The notes: a model not told the origin generated them from the letters alone. Positions 21,907-33,249 are shown, counted from the first letter of the stretch. The stretch is 64,000 bases of DNA from an uncultured Phycisphaerales bacterium (GCA_963758525.1 CAVWVQ010000003.1:3264001-3328000), one strand, 5' to 3'. Numbers and translations are program-made.

Positions 21907-23100
21907 TTAGCCGCCAACGGGTTGCGGCGCGAAAGTGAGCCGGAATACCGAGCCAACGCCAGGCGTTGAGTCGACGGTAAGCTCCGCGTTCAAAAGTTTT
22001 GCGGCCCGCGAGGCAATGGTGAGTCCGAGCCCCGTGCCATGCTGGCCCTGTTCGCCGCATTGGAAGCGTCGCAAATAACATGCAGCTTGTCCGGTGCGAT
22101 CCCAGGCCCTTCATCGGACACCGAGAGAACCCAGCGAATGCCGTTGCCCGGGCTCATCTTCTGCGCGGCCTGAACACGTACTACGCCGCGGGTGGCATAC
22201 TTCACGGCATTCGAGAGCAGGTTTTGCAGCACCAGTCGGATGAGTTCAGGGTCACTATTCACTCGGGCCGTCGCGGGAACATCGATGGCCAGCGTGAGAT
22301 TCTTCTGTTCCGCTTTTCCGGCAAATTGCCTGACGATACGGCTGGCAAGATGGTTCAACTCGACCGTGCCGGTCTTGGGCTCCCCCGCCTGATGCCGAAG
22401 TCGCTCAACCTGCAGCAGTCTCGCCATTCCCCGCATCGTTTCGACAATGCCCTGCGTTGCGGCTCCAGTAACTCAACATCAGCGGCGAATCCCGCCCGCG
22501 CGCAAGCCGCTGCCGAAGAATGTGAAGCGAAAGAGAAATGTTGTTAAGATTGCCGTTGAGATCGTGTGACAGGAAAGAGAGATATCTTAATTCGGCTTCG
22601 GCGGTCTCTCGCAGCCGCTGGTTCTGATGGCCGACGAAGGCAACCATCGCCTGCTGTCCCATCAGGTCGATTGCCCAATTCAATGCCGTCTCTTCCTCAA
22701 TGGTCTTTCTGCGACCCAGCGCGTCGTCGACATGCTCGAGGATCAACCGCCGGAGCATCCGGTCCTCCGTCGCCAGTTGCGTAACGTCGTAATGCAGCTG
22801 AAACCGATGAATTCCCTGCTCCGGCGAGCGTTGAAACAGATGATTAATTTCCAGGACGTCGTCGGAAAACAAAGCGTCGGCCATGTTATTAAGGATTTCC
22901 GGAAGGTGGTCCAGCACTTCGGCGAAGCTCACATCGCTGGCGGGCGGCACGTGCGTCCGCACCAGGCCTTCCCACTCGCGCAGGATGGGCTCGATGCGTG
23001 ACCGCAGGGCTTCGGCGAGCTCGCGATACGTGCGCTCGCGCAAGGGACCGTTAACAGGGTCGCCTGCCAGGCCACGTCGGACAAATTGGTTCGTCAAATG
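21907..23100 (-). CDS. Cytoplasmic sensor histidine kinase with RsbRD-N-like helical input domain (frameshifted; start approximate)
   Basis: H-box FLSHDL, N-box LQNLLSNAVKY, G1 VSDEGPGI and G2 GTGLGL over three frames; N-terminal ILREWE…DHLPEIL…HRFQLHYD. Confidence 0.8.
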
Positions 23101-23343
23101 AAACTGCTCCAGCGCGCTCGTGTCAGGTTGCCCGCATGATCGGCGATGATTCGCCGGTGCCCCTGCGTACTCCGGAACAAGAACACGCTGAGGTGCGTGT
23201 ACGTGACCCCGGGGACCGGCATGCGCCTTCTCCCATTGCCACACGGCAGGGAGAAAAGTCTGCACGGCGGAAAACATACACGACAAGACGAAATGGAAAT
23301 ATCAGGAATATCCTGTGTTCACGGCAGCCAATCAGGCACGGAG

Positions 23344-24210
23344 TCAGAGGATCGGCTTTCCGCCGGTGACGGCGACTGTCGCGCCCGAGACGTAGCTCGC
23401 CTCGTCCGATGCGAGCAGGACGTAAACTGGCGCCAGTTCCGCCGGTTGTCCCGGCCGTTTCATCGGGACGCTTTGACCGAAGGTCTTGACCTCTTCGACG
23501 GGCATCGTCGCAGGAATCAACGGCGTCCAGATCGGCCCCGGCGCTACACAATTGGCGCGAATCCCCTTTTCCGCCAGCAGCTGCGCCAGCCCCCCGGTAA
23601 AATCCTGTATCGCCGCCTTCGTTGCGGCGTAGCCCAGCAGCGTGGGTTTGGGGCTGTCGGCATTAATCGAGGTCGTGTTCACGATCGCGCTGCCCGGCTT
23701 CATGTGCGGCACGGCGGCCTTCGTGAGCCGGAACATCGCTCCGATGTTTACATCAAACGTGTAGTCCCATTCGTCGTCGGTAATCTCGTCGATCGATTCG
23801 TGCGACTTCTGAAACGCCGCGTTGTTCACCAGCACATCGACCCGGCCGAACTCGTCCACCGCCTGCTGAATGATGTTCCGGCAGTGCGCGTGGTCTGCGA
23901 GGTCGCCGCGGACGGTGAGCGCCTTGCGGCCCGCTTCGCGGACCCAGCGGGCGGTCTCGTTGGCATCGTCGTCTTCGTTGAGGTAGGCGATCAAGACGTC
24001 GGCGCCTTCGCGTGCAAACGCGATGGAAACCGCCCGGCCAATGCCGCTGTCACCACCGGTGATGACCGCCACCTTCCCGTCGAGTTTGCCAGAGCCCTTG
24101 TAGCTGCTCTCGCCGTGGTCGGGCCTGGGGTTCATCTCCGCAGTGCGGCCGGGTACGCGATCCTGTTGTTGCTCAGGCAGCGGAGGAATGGGACGTGATT
24201 GTGCGGTCAT
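23344..24210 (-). CDS. SDR oxidoreductase (YghA/general-stress type)
   Basis: PDHGESSYKGSGKL, TGGDSGIGRA, YAATK, VAPGPIWTPLIP, RPGQPAELAP. Confidence 0.93.
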   Translation of the reverse strand: MTAQSRPIPPLPEQQQDRVPGRTAEMNPRPDHGESSYKGSGKLDGKVAVITGGDSGIGRAVSIAFAREGADVLIAYLNEDDDANETARWVREAGRKALTVRGDLADHAHCRNIIQQAVDEFGRVDVLVNNAAFQKSHESIDEITDDEWDYTFDVNIGAMFRLTKAAVPHMKPGSAIVNTTSINADSPKPTLLGYAATKAAIQDFTGGLAQLLAEKGIRANCVAPGPIWTPLIPATMPVEEVKTFGQSVPMKRPGQPAELAPVYVLLASDEASYVSGATVAVTGGKPIL

Positions 24211-24833
24211 TATGTTGCTCCGTTAAACGAGTGCGTCGTTGGATTGCTTTGGTACCCGATGAGGAACCGCGGCGTGAAGTAGCGAAATTCCTGAGGATCT
24301 GACTTTGGCGGATCAGACAGAGCCTAGCCCAAGTTACACAGTAAACCGCGTTTTTGAAATGCGACAGCGGTTTTCGAACTCTTTTTTTCACTACATCGCG
24401 CAAACTTCGGCGACGAACGCCGGGAGTTCAAGGCTAGGCCCCGGCCGTGGTTGTTGCCCCTTAAATGGCTGCGTGACCGTGTCGTTCAACGAATCGGGCG
24501 TCTACCGGTTGCGGAGAATCGACACATCTCGCTGGTGAGCAGTTGGTCGACGGATCTGCGCTACGAACCCGGCCAGGCAGTCCGGAAGACGCGGGATCAT
24601 TCCTGGACGCCGCACGATTGATCCTCGCATGGGCGGATGGAAGGATGTGAGAAATGGCTGCAATCACCAGGGCAATACCGACAAGGAAGCACAGGAACTC
24701 AAGGAGGCTCTGGAAGCCTATGAAGCCGAGCACAAAGGTGCCGAGGCCGCCTTATATCGCCAGAACAACGCGTTCGGCTTGATCCCCCGCAGGATCACTT
24801 CCGCATACGGAGTGTTGCAAATGACAGCACGCC

Positions 24834-25856
24834 TCAGAACTCCACGAATACCTCGGTGATGATACCCCATCGCAATTCGTCACGAGCGCCCTGGTCGATC
24901 GGGAGCTGACAGCCGATCTCCACGTGAGGGTCGAACTGGCCCAGCGAGCGAAAATTGACATCCGCGCCGGCGACGCCGAACAGCGCGTCCTGCCCCTGGC
25001 TGGAGAGTGAAGACTGACCATCCAATTCGATGATCGGCGTGAGTTTTTCGATGAACGGCAGCGGCAATTGCTCGCGAGATATTTGATAACCGAGCGATGC
25101 GCCATAGATCAACTGGTCGGTCTGATGCGGAGCGATGGTGAACTGGATCCCGCTCCAGGCTTCGAGGCTGATGTGGTTGCCGATGCGAAGAAGATGCCCG
25201 AGAAACGGTGTGAGCTGCAGGTCGGTGCCGGAAGCGGCGGTTCGCGTGGGAATGCCGACGCCCAGACGGGCAATGGCGGTGTAATCGAAGAAGTCGTCCG
25301 TGCTCACGTATTGGAAGAGCGGGTGATAGATCGCCAGGTCCACGTTTTCAAACCCTCGGGAGTTCGGATTGTCATCGCCCTCGCCGCCCGCTCCGGTGTG
25401 GATGTTGATCTGGTGTTCCGAATCCCACCCGAATTCACCGGCGATGGTCATCTGCCCGAAGATGTTCCACTGAAATCCCGCGTCGATCTCGTCATTGCGC
25501 ACACCACGCTTTTCGCTGTGAAGGTAATCCAACTCAAGCTGTCGTTCTGCATCGAACTCCGGCCCGAGAAACGGATCGGGGAAAAAGTCCCGGCCATAGC
25601 TGGAACGATGATCCAGCAACCCCAAGCAATATCGGCTGGAACCGCCATTTGAAGCCGCAGACGCCGACGGAGCACGTTTCTCGTCATCATCGTCGTCGTC
25701 CAGAAGAGCAATCCGGCGAGGGACGCATGTTTCGATGGCCGCATTCAGAGCAGTCACCTCAGAAGCAGGCTGCGTCGGACCGGCCGCAAGAACAGCCGAA
25801 CCGTCTGCGAGAAGAGTTGCTGTCACGATCGCAAACGCTAGTTGGCCGCTTGTCAT
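24834..25856 (-). CDS. Secreted, probable outer-membrane beta-barrel protein
   Basis: Signal-like N-terminus (MTSGQLAFAIV…VLA), alternating beta-strand patterns, C-terminal …FVEF. Confidence 0.6.
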   Translation of the reverse strand: MTSGQLAFAIVTATLLADGSAVLAAGPTQPASEVTALNAAIETCVPRRIALLDDDDDDEKRAPSASAASNGGSSRYCLGLLDHRSSYGRDFFPDPFLGPEFDAERQLELDYLHSEKRGVRNDEIDAGFQWNIFGQMTIAGEFGWDSEHQINIHTGAGGEGDDNPNSRGFENVDLAIYHPLFQYVSTDDFFDYTAIARLGVGIPTRTAASGTDLQLTPFLGHLLRIGNHISLEAWSGIQFTIAPHQTDQLIYGASLGYQISREQLPLPFIEKLTPIIELDGQSSLSSQGQDALFGVAGADVNFRSLGQFDPHVEIGCQLPIDQGARDELRWGIITEVFVEF

Positions 25857-26073
25857 AGGGAGGCGAAGGTTAACGGGTCGTTTTACGGCGGACAACAAAA
25901 CAGCGCCCCGGTTTCTATTTTGCTTCAGCATAAATGCTGGCGCACCGACGCTGACTGCTCCCAGCGTCTCCAATCCCGCAAACAAGCAAGTCGCAGCCCG
26001 GCCCGGGTGCACTGCTCCAGACGGTTCCAAAGCGTCATTCCGCTACAGCCCATCCCGCCAGGAAAACTTTTGG

Positions 26074-26694
26074 TTACGTCTGCTTCTCCGGCATGCGATG
26101 CGGATCGGAGCGAGGTTGCGCCCCGCTGATGAGGATCTCCACAAGTCTTCTGCCGCTCTGCTGCCAGCCGGAACCGGACGACATGTGCGAGGCGCCGATC
26201 AGCGCTTGGAGCAGATCGGCAGGATCGAGATCGCTGCGAATGTCACCGCTGCTGATTGCCCGTTTGATCAGCGCGTCATTTGCCGCCTGAATCAGAGACC
26301 GCGAACCCTCGAACAACTTTGTGGGGCCTCCGGCAACACTATTGAGAGCCGGTGCGATGATCCGCTTTGCGGCGATGAAGTCGACGACCAGCAGCATCCA
26401 GGCGCGCAATGCGTCGAGCGGAGGCATCGTTTCACTGAACTTGCGTTCGGCGGCGGCCAGCTTTTCGACTTCGCTCCGATAGACCGCCTCGATCAAAGTG
26501 TCGCGGTTGGGAAAGTGCCGATACAGCGTGCCGGGTCCGACGCCCGACTTTTTAGCGATATTGTCCAGACTGGCAGTGGCGCCAAAGCGTCTGAACGCTT
26601 CCTTGGCCACCTCCAGGATGCGCTCCCGATTTCGCAGCGCATCCGTGCGAGGTTTTCTTTGCCGGGTTTTCGCGCGTTTCTTTGCCATCACCAA
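26074..26694 (-). CDS. TetR/AcrR-family regulator
   Basis: RTDALRNRERILEVA…SLDNIAKKSGVGPGTLYRHFP; divergent from the SDR genes. Confidence 0.95.
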   Translation of the reverse strand: MVMAKKRAKTRQRKPRTDALRNRERILEVAKEAFRRFGATASLDNIAKKSGVGPGTLYRHFPNRDTLIEAVYRSEVEKLAAAERKFSETMPPLDALRAWMLLVVDFIAAKRIIAPALNSVAGGPTKLFEGSRSLIQAANDALIKRAISSGDIRSDLDPADLLQALIGASHMSSGSGWQQSGRRLVEILISGAQPRSDPHRMPEKQT

Positions 26695-26709
26695 TTTTAC
26701 ACTTGAAAA

Positions 26710-26755
26710 CGGAGACTGTCTCCGCCTACGCTTGCTTAACCGGAGACGTTCTCCA
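26710..26755. promoter_or_regulatory. Paired palindromic operators (probable TetR sites)
   Basis: CGGAGACTGTCTCCG (26710-26724) and CGGAGACGTTCTCCA (26741-26755) in the divergent intergenic region; TTGCTT -35-like box between them. Confidence 0.7.
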
Positions 26756-26804
26756 CTTTATTGAGGGACGCGCGGCTCGTCAACAACCACAGAAGGAGTA
26801 TCTC

Positions 26805-27656
26805 ATGCCTGGCAAGATCTGGTTTATCACTGGGGCCTCTCGCGGTTTTGGACGCATCTGGACCGAAGCCGCGCTGATGCGCGGCGATAAAGTTACCGCC
26901 ACGGCTCGCACCTTGGCCGACGTCGCTGATCTGAAGGAGCGCTTTGGAGACTCCGTTCTCCCCCTGGCGCTGGATGTCACCGATACTGAGCAGGTTCAGC
27001 ATGCTGTACGGCAGGCGCACGCGAATTTTGGAAAGCTGGACGTCGTGCTGAACAATGCCGGTTACTCCCTGGTCGGCACGGTGGAAGAAGCGAGCGAAGC
27101 TGAAGTCCGCGCCGTTTTTGACACGAATTATTTCGGCACACTCCGGGTCATCCAGGCTGCCTTGCCGCTGCTGCGCCAACAGGGCAGCGGGCATATCGTC
27201 GGCGTGTCGAGCGGCCTGGGAATCATCACGATGCCACTGATTGGCTTCTATTGCGCAACCAAATGGGCCTTCGAAGCACTGCACGAAAGCCTGGCGGACG
27301 AGGTCAAAGCGTTTGGCATTAAGGTGACGTTGCTGGAGCCCGGAGCCTATGCGACCGGTTTTGGAAGTCCCGCGTCGCGGAAGATGGCGTCGGGCATGGA
27401 CGCCTACGCCAATCTTCGCAAGCAAATGCAATCGACGTTGTCGAGCATCGAACGCGGCGATCCGCAAGCGACAACAGAAGCAGTCCTGAAGATCGTCGAC
27501 GCAAAAGATCCGCCGCTACGTGTCATCCTCGGGAACGTCATCCTGCCTGCGGCGCGGGCTGCCTACGCTGCTCGCCTGGCCACCTGGGAGGCATGGGGAG
27601 CGGTATCGAATGCGGCGCAGGGTCAGTCGCGGGTTGAAGCCATCGCCTCGTTTTAG
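26805..27656 (+). CDS. SDR oxidoreductase
   Basis: WFITGASRGFG, LNNAGY, YCATK, LEPG; AGAAGGAG SD. Confidence 0.93.
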   Translation: MPGKIWFITGASRGFGRIWTEAALMRGDKVTATARTLADVADLKERFGDSVLPLALDVTDTEQVQHAVRQAHANFGKLDVVLNNAGYSLVGTVEEASEAEVRAVFDTNYFGTLRVIQAALPLLRQQGSGHIVGVSSGLGIITMPLIGFYCATKWAFEALHESLADEVKAFGIKVTLLEPGAYATGFGSPASRKMASGMDAYANLRKQMQSTLSSIERGDPQATTEAVLKIVDAKDPPLRVILGNVILPAARAAYAARLATWEAWGAVSNAAQGQSRVEAIASF

Positions 27657-27710
27657 CGGGTGGTCACGGCCGAACTTTTACGAAACTCTTACCACAGAAG
27701 GAACAATCTC

Positions 27711-28632
27711 ATGCGTGTATTCGTGACGGGTGCTACAGGGTTCGTTGGTTTCGCAGTCGTCTCCGAGTTGATGAAGGCGGGCCATCAGGTGCTCGGCCTT
27801 TCTCGCTCCGATGCCGGCGATAAATCTCTCGCCGCCGCTGCGCGCAGGTGCATCGAGGGGATCTTCAGGACCTGGAAAGCCTGGGGAGCGGGGCTGCGAA
27901 GAGCGATGCCGTGATCCACACCGCTTTCATTCACGACTTCTCGGAGTTCAGGGAGGTTTGCGAAATTGACCGGCGCCAATCGAGGTGCTCGGCGGCGCAC
28001 TGTCTGGCTCGAACCGCCCGCTGATCGTTAGCGGCGGACTGCACCCCACACCAGGCCGACCGACCACGGAGGAGGATGAGCCGCCGGCTGATTGGCCTTC
28101 TCCCCGGGTTTCGGAACAGACAGCATTGTTGTTTGTCGCCAAGGGCGTGCGGGCGTCGGTGGTGCGCCTGCCACAGGTGCATGACAGGGACAAGGCGGGT
28201 CTGGTCACTTATTTGATTGCGCAGGCTCGCGAGAAGGGAGTCTCCGCCTACGTGGGCGAGGGCTTGAACCGCTGGCCCGCAGTTCACCGACTCGATGCGG
28301 CGAGGCTCTACAGGCTGGCGCTGGAGAAGGGCACCGCCGGCGCGAGGTATCACGCGGTCGCCGAGGAAGGCGTGCCGCTGCGCCAGATCGCGGAAGCGAT
28401 CGGCCGGAGCTTAAAGGTTCCGGTCGTCTCCAAATCCCCCCAAGACGCTGCCGCCCATTTCGGCTGGCTTGCGCTCTTCGCGCAGATGGACGGCCTGGCC
28501 TCCAGTGCCCTGACCCAGCAAAGGCTCGGGTGGCATCCGACCGAGAAGACGGGGCTGATTGCTGATCTCGAACCCCTGCGGGCGGGTAGTAAGGCATTTC
28601 CGACGCCTTCGTCCACGGCTATATTGAGATGA
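27711..28632 (+). CDS. NAD-dependent epimerase/dehydratase (atypical SDR), frameshifted
   Basis: [13 protein letters not shown], then [10 protein letters not shown] in another frame, then [28 protein letters not shown]. Confidence 0.85.
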
Positions 28633-28768
28633 TGCGGGCCAAGGACGAAGGGATGGACAACGCCGAGCCGCGCACGCCAGCGGCGACCACGCCCACCGCC
28701 TTGCGGGCTTGGTGCGAGCTCGTCCTCAAATCCGCCGCAGTCGGTTGAGTTCTGCGGCCGGAGCCGAA

Positions 28769-29764
28769 ATGTCAAACGAGATGGATCGACGTCAGTTCCT
28801 GGCCGCCGGGGCAATGGCGGTCGCCGTCGGGATGGAGGGCTGCGCCACAGCACCATCGAATCCCCACGAACAAGCTGACACCGATCGATTAAGGGAGCCA
28901 AAGATGGCGAACGACATCAATGACGCAAGCACCGGCGGCCCGTTCGCTTTCGAGACACTGAAGGTAAACAGAGCCGGGCCGGTCCTGTTTGTAACAATTT
29001 CCGCACCGCCGATGAATCTTCTGGGGCCTGAACTAGTGAGAGATCTCGTTTCAATCATTCAGCGAAGTGAGGCTGATAACACTGTTCAAGTGCTGGTATT
29101 CAAAAGCGCTGATCCTGATTATTTCATTTCGCACGTGGACATCACGCGTGTGAGGGAATATCGCAACGAGGCGGCGAAGCTGACCGGCGAAGCGTCGATC
29201 GGGCTCATGTTTCGGCATTTATGCACGAGCCGCCTCGTAACCATCGCGCAGATCGAAGGACGCGTGCGCGGGGCGGGCAGCGAGTTCATATTGGCCTGTG
29301 ACATGCGCTTCGCCGCTCGGGAGTCCGCGATCTTCGGACAATTCGAGGCTGGCTTTGGTCAGGTTCCGGGTGGCGGCGCCGTGCAGCATCTGGCGCGACT
29401 CATGGGTCGCTCGCGCGCCCTTGAGGTGCTTTTAAGCGCTGAAGATTACAACGCCGAACTGGCCGAACGCTATGGCTGGATCAATCGAGCACTTCCCCAT
29501 GCCGAGCTTGATCGTTTCGTCAAATCACTTGCCCACCGGATCGCGAGCTTTCCGGCCGCCGGCCGAGCAGCGGTGAAGGACCGGGTGAACGCGATCACGC
29601 TCGCACCGGCCGACGAGTTCCGTCGGGATTCCAACCTGTTTGCTGAGCTCGTGACTACACCCGAAGCACAGCGTCGCATTACCGCCGCGATGAAGCGCGG
29701 ATTTCAAACCAGGAGTGGAGAAATGTCACTTGCGCGAATGCTGGACGACTTTTCGGCCCCGTGA
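28769..29764 (+). CDS. Enoyl-CoA hydratase/isomerase (crotonase) family protein with possible Tat-lipoprotein signal
   Basis: APPMNLL, IAQIEGRVRGAGSEFILACDMRFA, QFEAGFG..PGGG; N-terminus MDRRQFLAAGAMAVAVGMEGC. Confidence 0.88.
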   Translation: MSNEMDRRQFLAAGAMAVAVGMEGCATAPSNPHEQADTDRLREPKMANDINDASTGGPFAFETLKVNRAGPVLFVTISAPPMNLLGPELVRDLVSIIQRSEADNTVQVLVFKSADPDYFISHVDITRVREYRNEAAKLTGEASIGLMFRHLCTSRLVTIAQIEGRVRGAGSEFILACDMRFAARESAIFGQFEAGFGQVPGGGAVQHLARLMGRSRALEVLLSAEDYNAELAERYGWINRALPHAELDRFVKSLAHRIASFPAAGRAAVKDRVNAITLAPADEFRRDSNLFAELVTTPEAQRRITAAMKRGFQTRSGEMSLARMLDDFSAP

Positions 29765-29828
29765 CAGAAGCGGAGAATTGGGCCCGTCCTGTTGCGCTCC
29801 CGCATCGGACCGCGGCGGTTCGCATCTC

Positions 29829-30182
29829 TCACGCATCGCCTTTGTTCATCACCCAGCCATCCACGATGCTTTGCAGCACAACCAGCGCGCTCTCCGGCAC
29901 GCCGGATGGGAGATAGACCTTGTCGGCGGATTCCTCAATTCCATCTCGAAGCGGCAGCTGGTCGTCGACCAAAGAATTGCCCGAAAGCGAAGGGCGAACC
30001 GTATCTTGCCAATACGGATGCTCCAGGAGGTGCTGGGCAAGGCTGTGCGACTCCGCTCGGCGGACACAGATATAGGGCCGCACTTCGACGATGATTTGGT
30101 AGAGCGCTCGCATCTTTGATGATCTTAGGCAATTTTCCGGCTCCATCGAGAAATCACCGCCGCCAATGGCAACGATCGGCAT
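29829..30182 (-). CDS. Hypothetical ORF / gene remnant; start resembles the N-terminus of peptidase E
   Basis: MPIVAIGGGDFSMEPEN resembles the IIAIGGG.FSMEPEN start of S51 peptidases; the remainder is unrecognised. Confidence 0.35.
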   Translation of the reverse strand: MPIVAIGGGDFSMEPENCLRSSKMRALYQIIVEVRPYICVRRAESHSLAQHLLEHPYWQDTVRPSLSGNSLVDDQLPLRDGIEESADKVYLPSGVPESALVVLQSIVDGWVMNKGDA

Positions 30183-30294
30183 GGCTGGGAAGATGGTTTC
30201 CCGCTGAACGAACTCCAAACTGGTCAATCGATAATCAGCCCGGCCATTGCATCCAAGGCACAGGAGCACCGGCGGTGCTGGTATAATGCCGCAC

Positions 30295-30450
30295 ATGTCG
30301 AATGCGGAGCTGCCATCTTTAGCTGCGGTGTTGCGCGGCGACCCTTACTGCGGGGAATGCGGCTATTCACTCAAGGGGCTCGAAAATTCAGCCCGCTGTC
30401 CCGAGTGCGGAAAGGCCATCATCGACGTCCTGATGCGGCGCAAAATTCAT
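30295..30450 (+). pseudogene. Truncated Zn-ribbon protein
   Basis: YCGECGYSLKGLENSARCPECGK, then low-information sequence; TGGTATAAT ends 7 nt upstream of the ATG. Confidence 0.5.
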
Positions 30451-30644
30451 TCGACTCCATCATTTTCTGGGAGGATATCCTCCGACGGCGGCCGAGAGCT
30501 TCCTGCCGATCCCGCTGACCCTCGCGCCAGCGCTTCTGTCGGCCGCCCTTATCGGCGCGCCCTCGCGTTAGTGCGGCTCCGATCGCAATCGCAGCACGGT
30601 TGTTCATCGGCGGAACAGGACCAAAACCCTACGTGGAGGATTGT

Positions 30645-31773
30645 GTGATCGCACGCTTTGAATTAGTGCCTTTGCTCTGGACTCTGCTGTTGGCCATTGC
30701 TCTGACTGCGGCGCAAACTTGCGCAGGTGCCGTCGAAAGAGGCCGGTGCGGGCAAGACGCTCATCGACTACTTCCTGCCCATGCCGATCCGGGCCGCGTT
30801 GTCGAAGGACGTTTGGGGAGCGCCGGGCGTGTTGCCCCGCGACCCGCACAATGGGTTGGAAGATCCCACGATTCAGAAATGGGACTATTGGGATGGGCAG
30901 ATCGTCAAATCTCCGGACGGCAAATACCATCTGTTCGCCAGCCGGTGGGACCATTCCAAGGGACACAAGGGGTGGACCAGTTCCGTGGCGGTCCATGCCG
31001 TGAGCGACGACGTGATCGGCCCGTACGAAGACACGGGCATGCTCTGGCCCGACAACATGGGTGGCAAGGGACACAACGTAACGGCCCTGATCATGCCCGA
31101 TGGGCGCTATGCGGTCACCGTCAGCGAGATCCGACCCGGCGAAGTCTTCGCCTCCAAATCGCCCGACGGGCCGTGGGAATCGCTGGGGAAAATCACCGTC
31201 AAGGACCAGCCCAAGTGGCATGCCTCGAACGTCACGCCGATGCTCCGGCCCGACGGGCAGTACATGATCGTGCAGCGCTCGGGCCAGATCATGCTCGCCA
31301 ACGACATCATCGGGCCTTACATCGTTGGGGGCCCGTCCATCTACAAAGACCTCAAGGACCTGCCTCAGGAGCACCTGGAAGACCCGGCCGTCTGGTACAG
31401 CGGCGGGCTGTATCACATCGTCGTGAACAGTTGGAAGATGCGCAAGGCGTTCCACCTCACCTCAGAGGACGGGCTGACGAACTGGAAGTTTCGCGGCCTG
31501 GCCTACGATCCGACAACCGACTTCATTCGCTACACCGACGGGACGGTCAACCACTGGGAAAAAATAGAGCGGCCCGCGGTCTTCATCGAGAACGGCCACG
31601 TCACGCACTTCACCTTTGCTGTCATCGACATTCCCAAGGAGGAGAACAAAGGCAACGATCGTCACGGCAGCAAGGTGATCGTCGTGCCGTTCGACGGCGC
31701 CGCGATGGACCGCGACCTGGCCGAAATCGTGAAGCAGGAAAAGGCAGCCTCGCAACCCGCAGGGGGAAAATGA
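30645..31773 (+). CDS. Secreted glycoside hydrolase, five-bladed beta-propeller type (GH43/GH117-like); frameshift near 30725
   Basis: GGAGG SD, GTG start and signal peptide in one frame; WDGQIVK..DGKYHLFASRW, GHN, EDPAVW, IERP in the next. Confidence 0.75.
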
Positions 31774-31899
31774 GGTCGAAGTTGCCTCAGGTAGCTGCCA
31801 GGCGACACAAGCTCAAGCGGTCGCAGATGGTCGCCCGGGGCTCATGCGCCGATCCGACTGTCCGGTTGTCACCCGGTCACCGGCAGGTGTACGATAATG

Positions 31900-32315
31900 G
31901 ATGAGATGCCGCAGAAAGACCTTCAAATCGAGTTCTCCCTTCGTGGGACACTTTGGCGGCGTCGAGATAACGCCGGCCACCATCGGTTTGCACCGATTTA
32001 ACGAGTTTAACCAGCAGGTTGAGGCGTTTATCGCCGGGTCTGAACGGTTCAAACACCGGCAACGAGGATGCAACCGGCAACTTGACGATCGCGGCCGATG
32101 CCTTCGACGACGCGTACCCGGTGGGCGCGCTGCCGTCGGCTGTCTATCATTTCTCCGCGCACATCAAAGCCGGAAAATCGCAGCGTTTTGTCGTTCGCGG
32201 CCGCTACCTCGGCGAAGGTTCACTGGTCCCCGGAACATTTAATCTCAATATCGTGGCCACGCTGGATGGCGCAACTGCGCAGACCACCACCCCGGCGACG
32301 TACACCGTGAGCTAA
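31900..32315 (+). other. Probable fragment of a secreted beta-rich protein
   Basis: Coding-like NTGNEDATGNLTIAAD…GTFNLNIVATLDG…TYTVS*; no clear start. Confidence 0.3.
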
Positions 32316-32624
32316 TGGTTCGTCAAAGTTGTCTCGGTCGTGCTCTCGGTGACGAAGCTGCTGCAGCCGAGCATCGAGGCACGTGCGGCGGTTGATCGGC
32401 TAGAGGCTGTCGTTTCGGAACGTGCCTGTGGATCGCCTGCACGATGGACGCCCTGGGTTGGCAAGAGCCGGGATCTCCGGGCCGGCCGTCCCAGAAAGCG
32501 TGAGGCGGCGACGAAAATAACAGACGGCCCGCTGGCCTCGTTTGATTTCCCTGATCAATGGTGATTAATGGAGCAAGTTAACAAACAATGGACAAGTGCC
32601 GAGCGGAGGCTAGACTCATTGACA

Positions 32625-32855
32625 GTGACTGCAATCCGCGTCATTTTCGATGGCAAAGCGTTCATTCCTCAGCAGCCGGTCTCGTTGCCAAATCAGTCCG
32701 AAGCGCTGGTCATTGTTGAACAGAATGATCCTTCGGCCGACGCCGAACTCGATATGGCCACTCGCGCGTACTATCGGCACGAAACGGACGCTGAGGATGA
32801 CGCGTGGGGCGCTGCCACCGCTCCACAATCGCAGCGCGCATGGGACGGCGACTGA
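32625..32855 (+). CDS. Antitoxin (DUF104/AF2212-like)
   Basis: MTAIRVIFDGKAFIPQQPVSLP with an acidic tail ending …AWDGD; upstream of MazF. Confidence 0.7.
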   Translation: MTAIRVIFDGKAFIPQQPVSLPNQSEALVIVEQNDPSADAELDMATRAYYRHETDAEDDAWGAATAPQSQRAWDGD

Positions 32856-32871
32856 ATCGAGGCGCTGGGGG

Positions 32872-33211
32872 ATGGCTACCTTCCCGCGACGTGGCGAAGT
32901 CTGGCTCGTCGATTTTCCCGATGATCCCAAGTCTCGGCCTGCCTTGATTGTGTCCCTTGATGCCCGCAACGAACTCGCCAACAGTGTTCTGGCTGTCCCA
33001 ATTACCACCAACCTGCGCCCGTCTCCCACGCATGTGACACTGCCGGCTTAAGCAGGGTGGGCTAATGCACGACTCGATGGCTCGTTGCGAGAACGTCAGC
33101 TATTTGCATAAGTCACGGCTCTCCCGCGGCCCGCTGGGCGGCACGGTCGGCGCCGCGCTCATGCGCGATGTCGAGCGGTGCCTGCTGCGATCACTCGGAA
33201 TCACAGTATAG
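32872..33211 (+). CDS. mazF: PemK/MazF-family toxin; frameshift near 33050
   Basis: PRRGEVWLVDF…KSRPALIVS…AVPITT, then GGLMHDSMARCENV…LMRDVERCLLRSLGI. Confidence 0.85.
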
Positions 33212-33249
33212 GCTCACGCAAATTCCCCAATGAAGTTGCGCCGTTTGAT

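Noticed and set aside
24461..24859. Small ORFs 24461..24733 (-) and 24629..24859 (+)
   Set aside because: They overlap on opposite strands and have no motifs; I cannot tell which, if either, is real.
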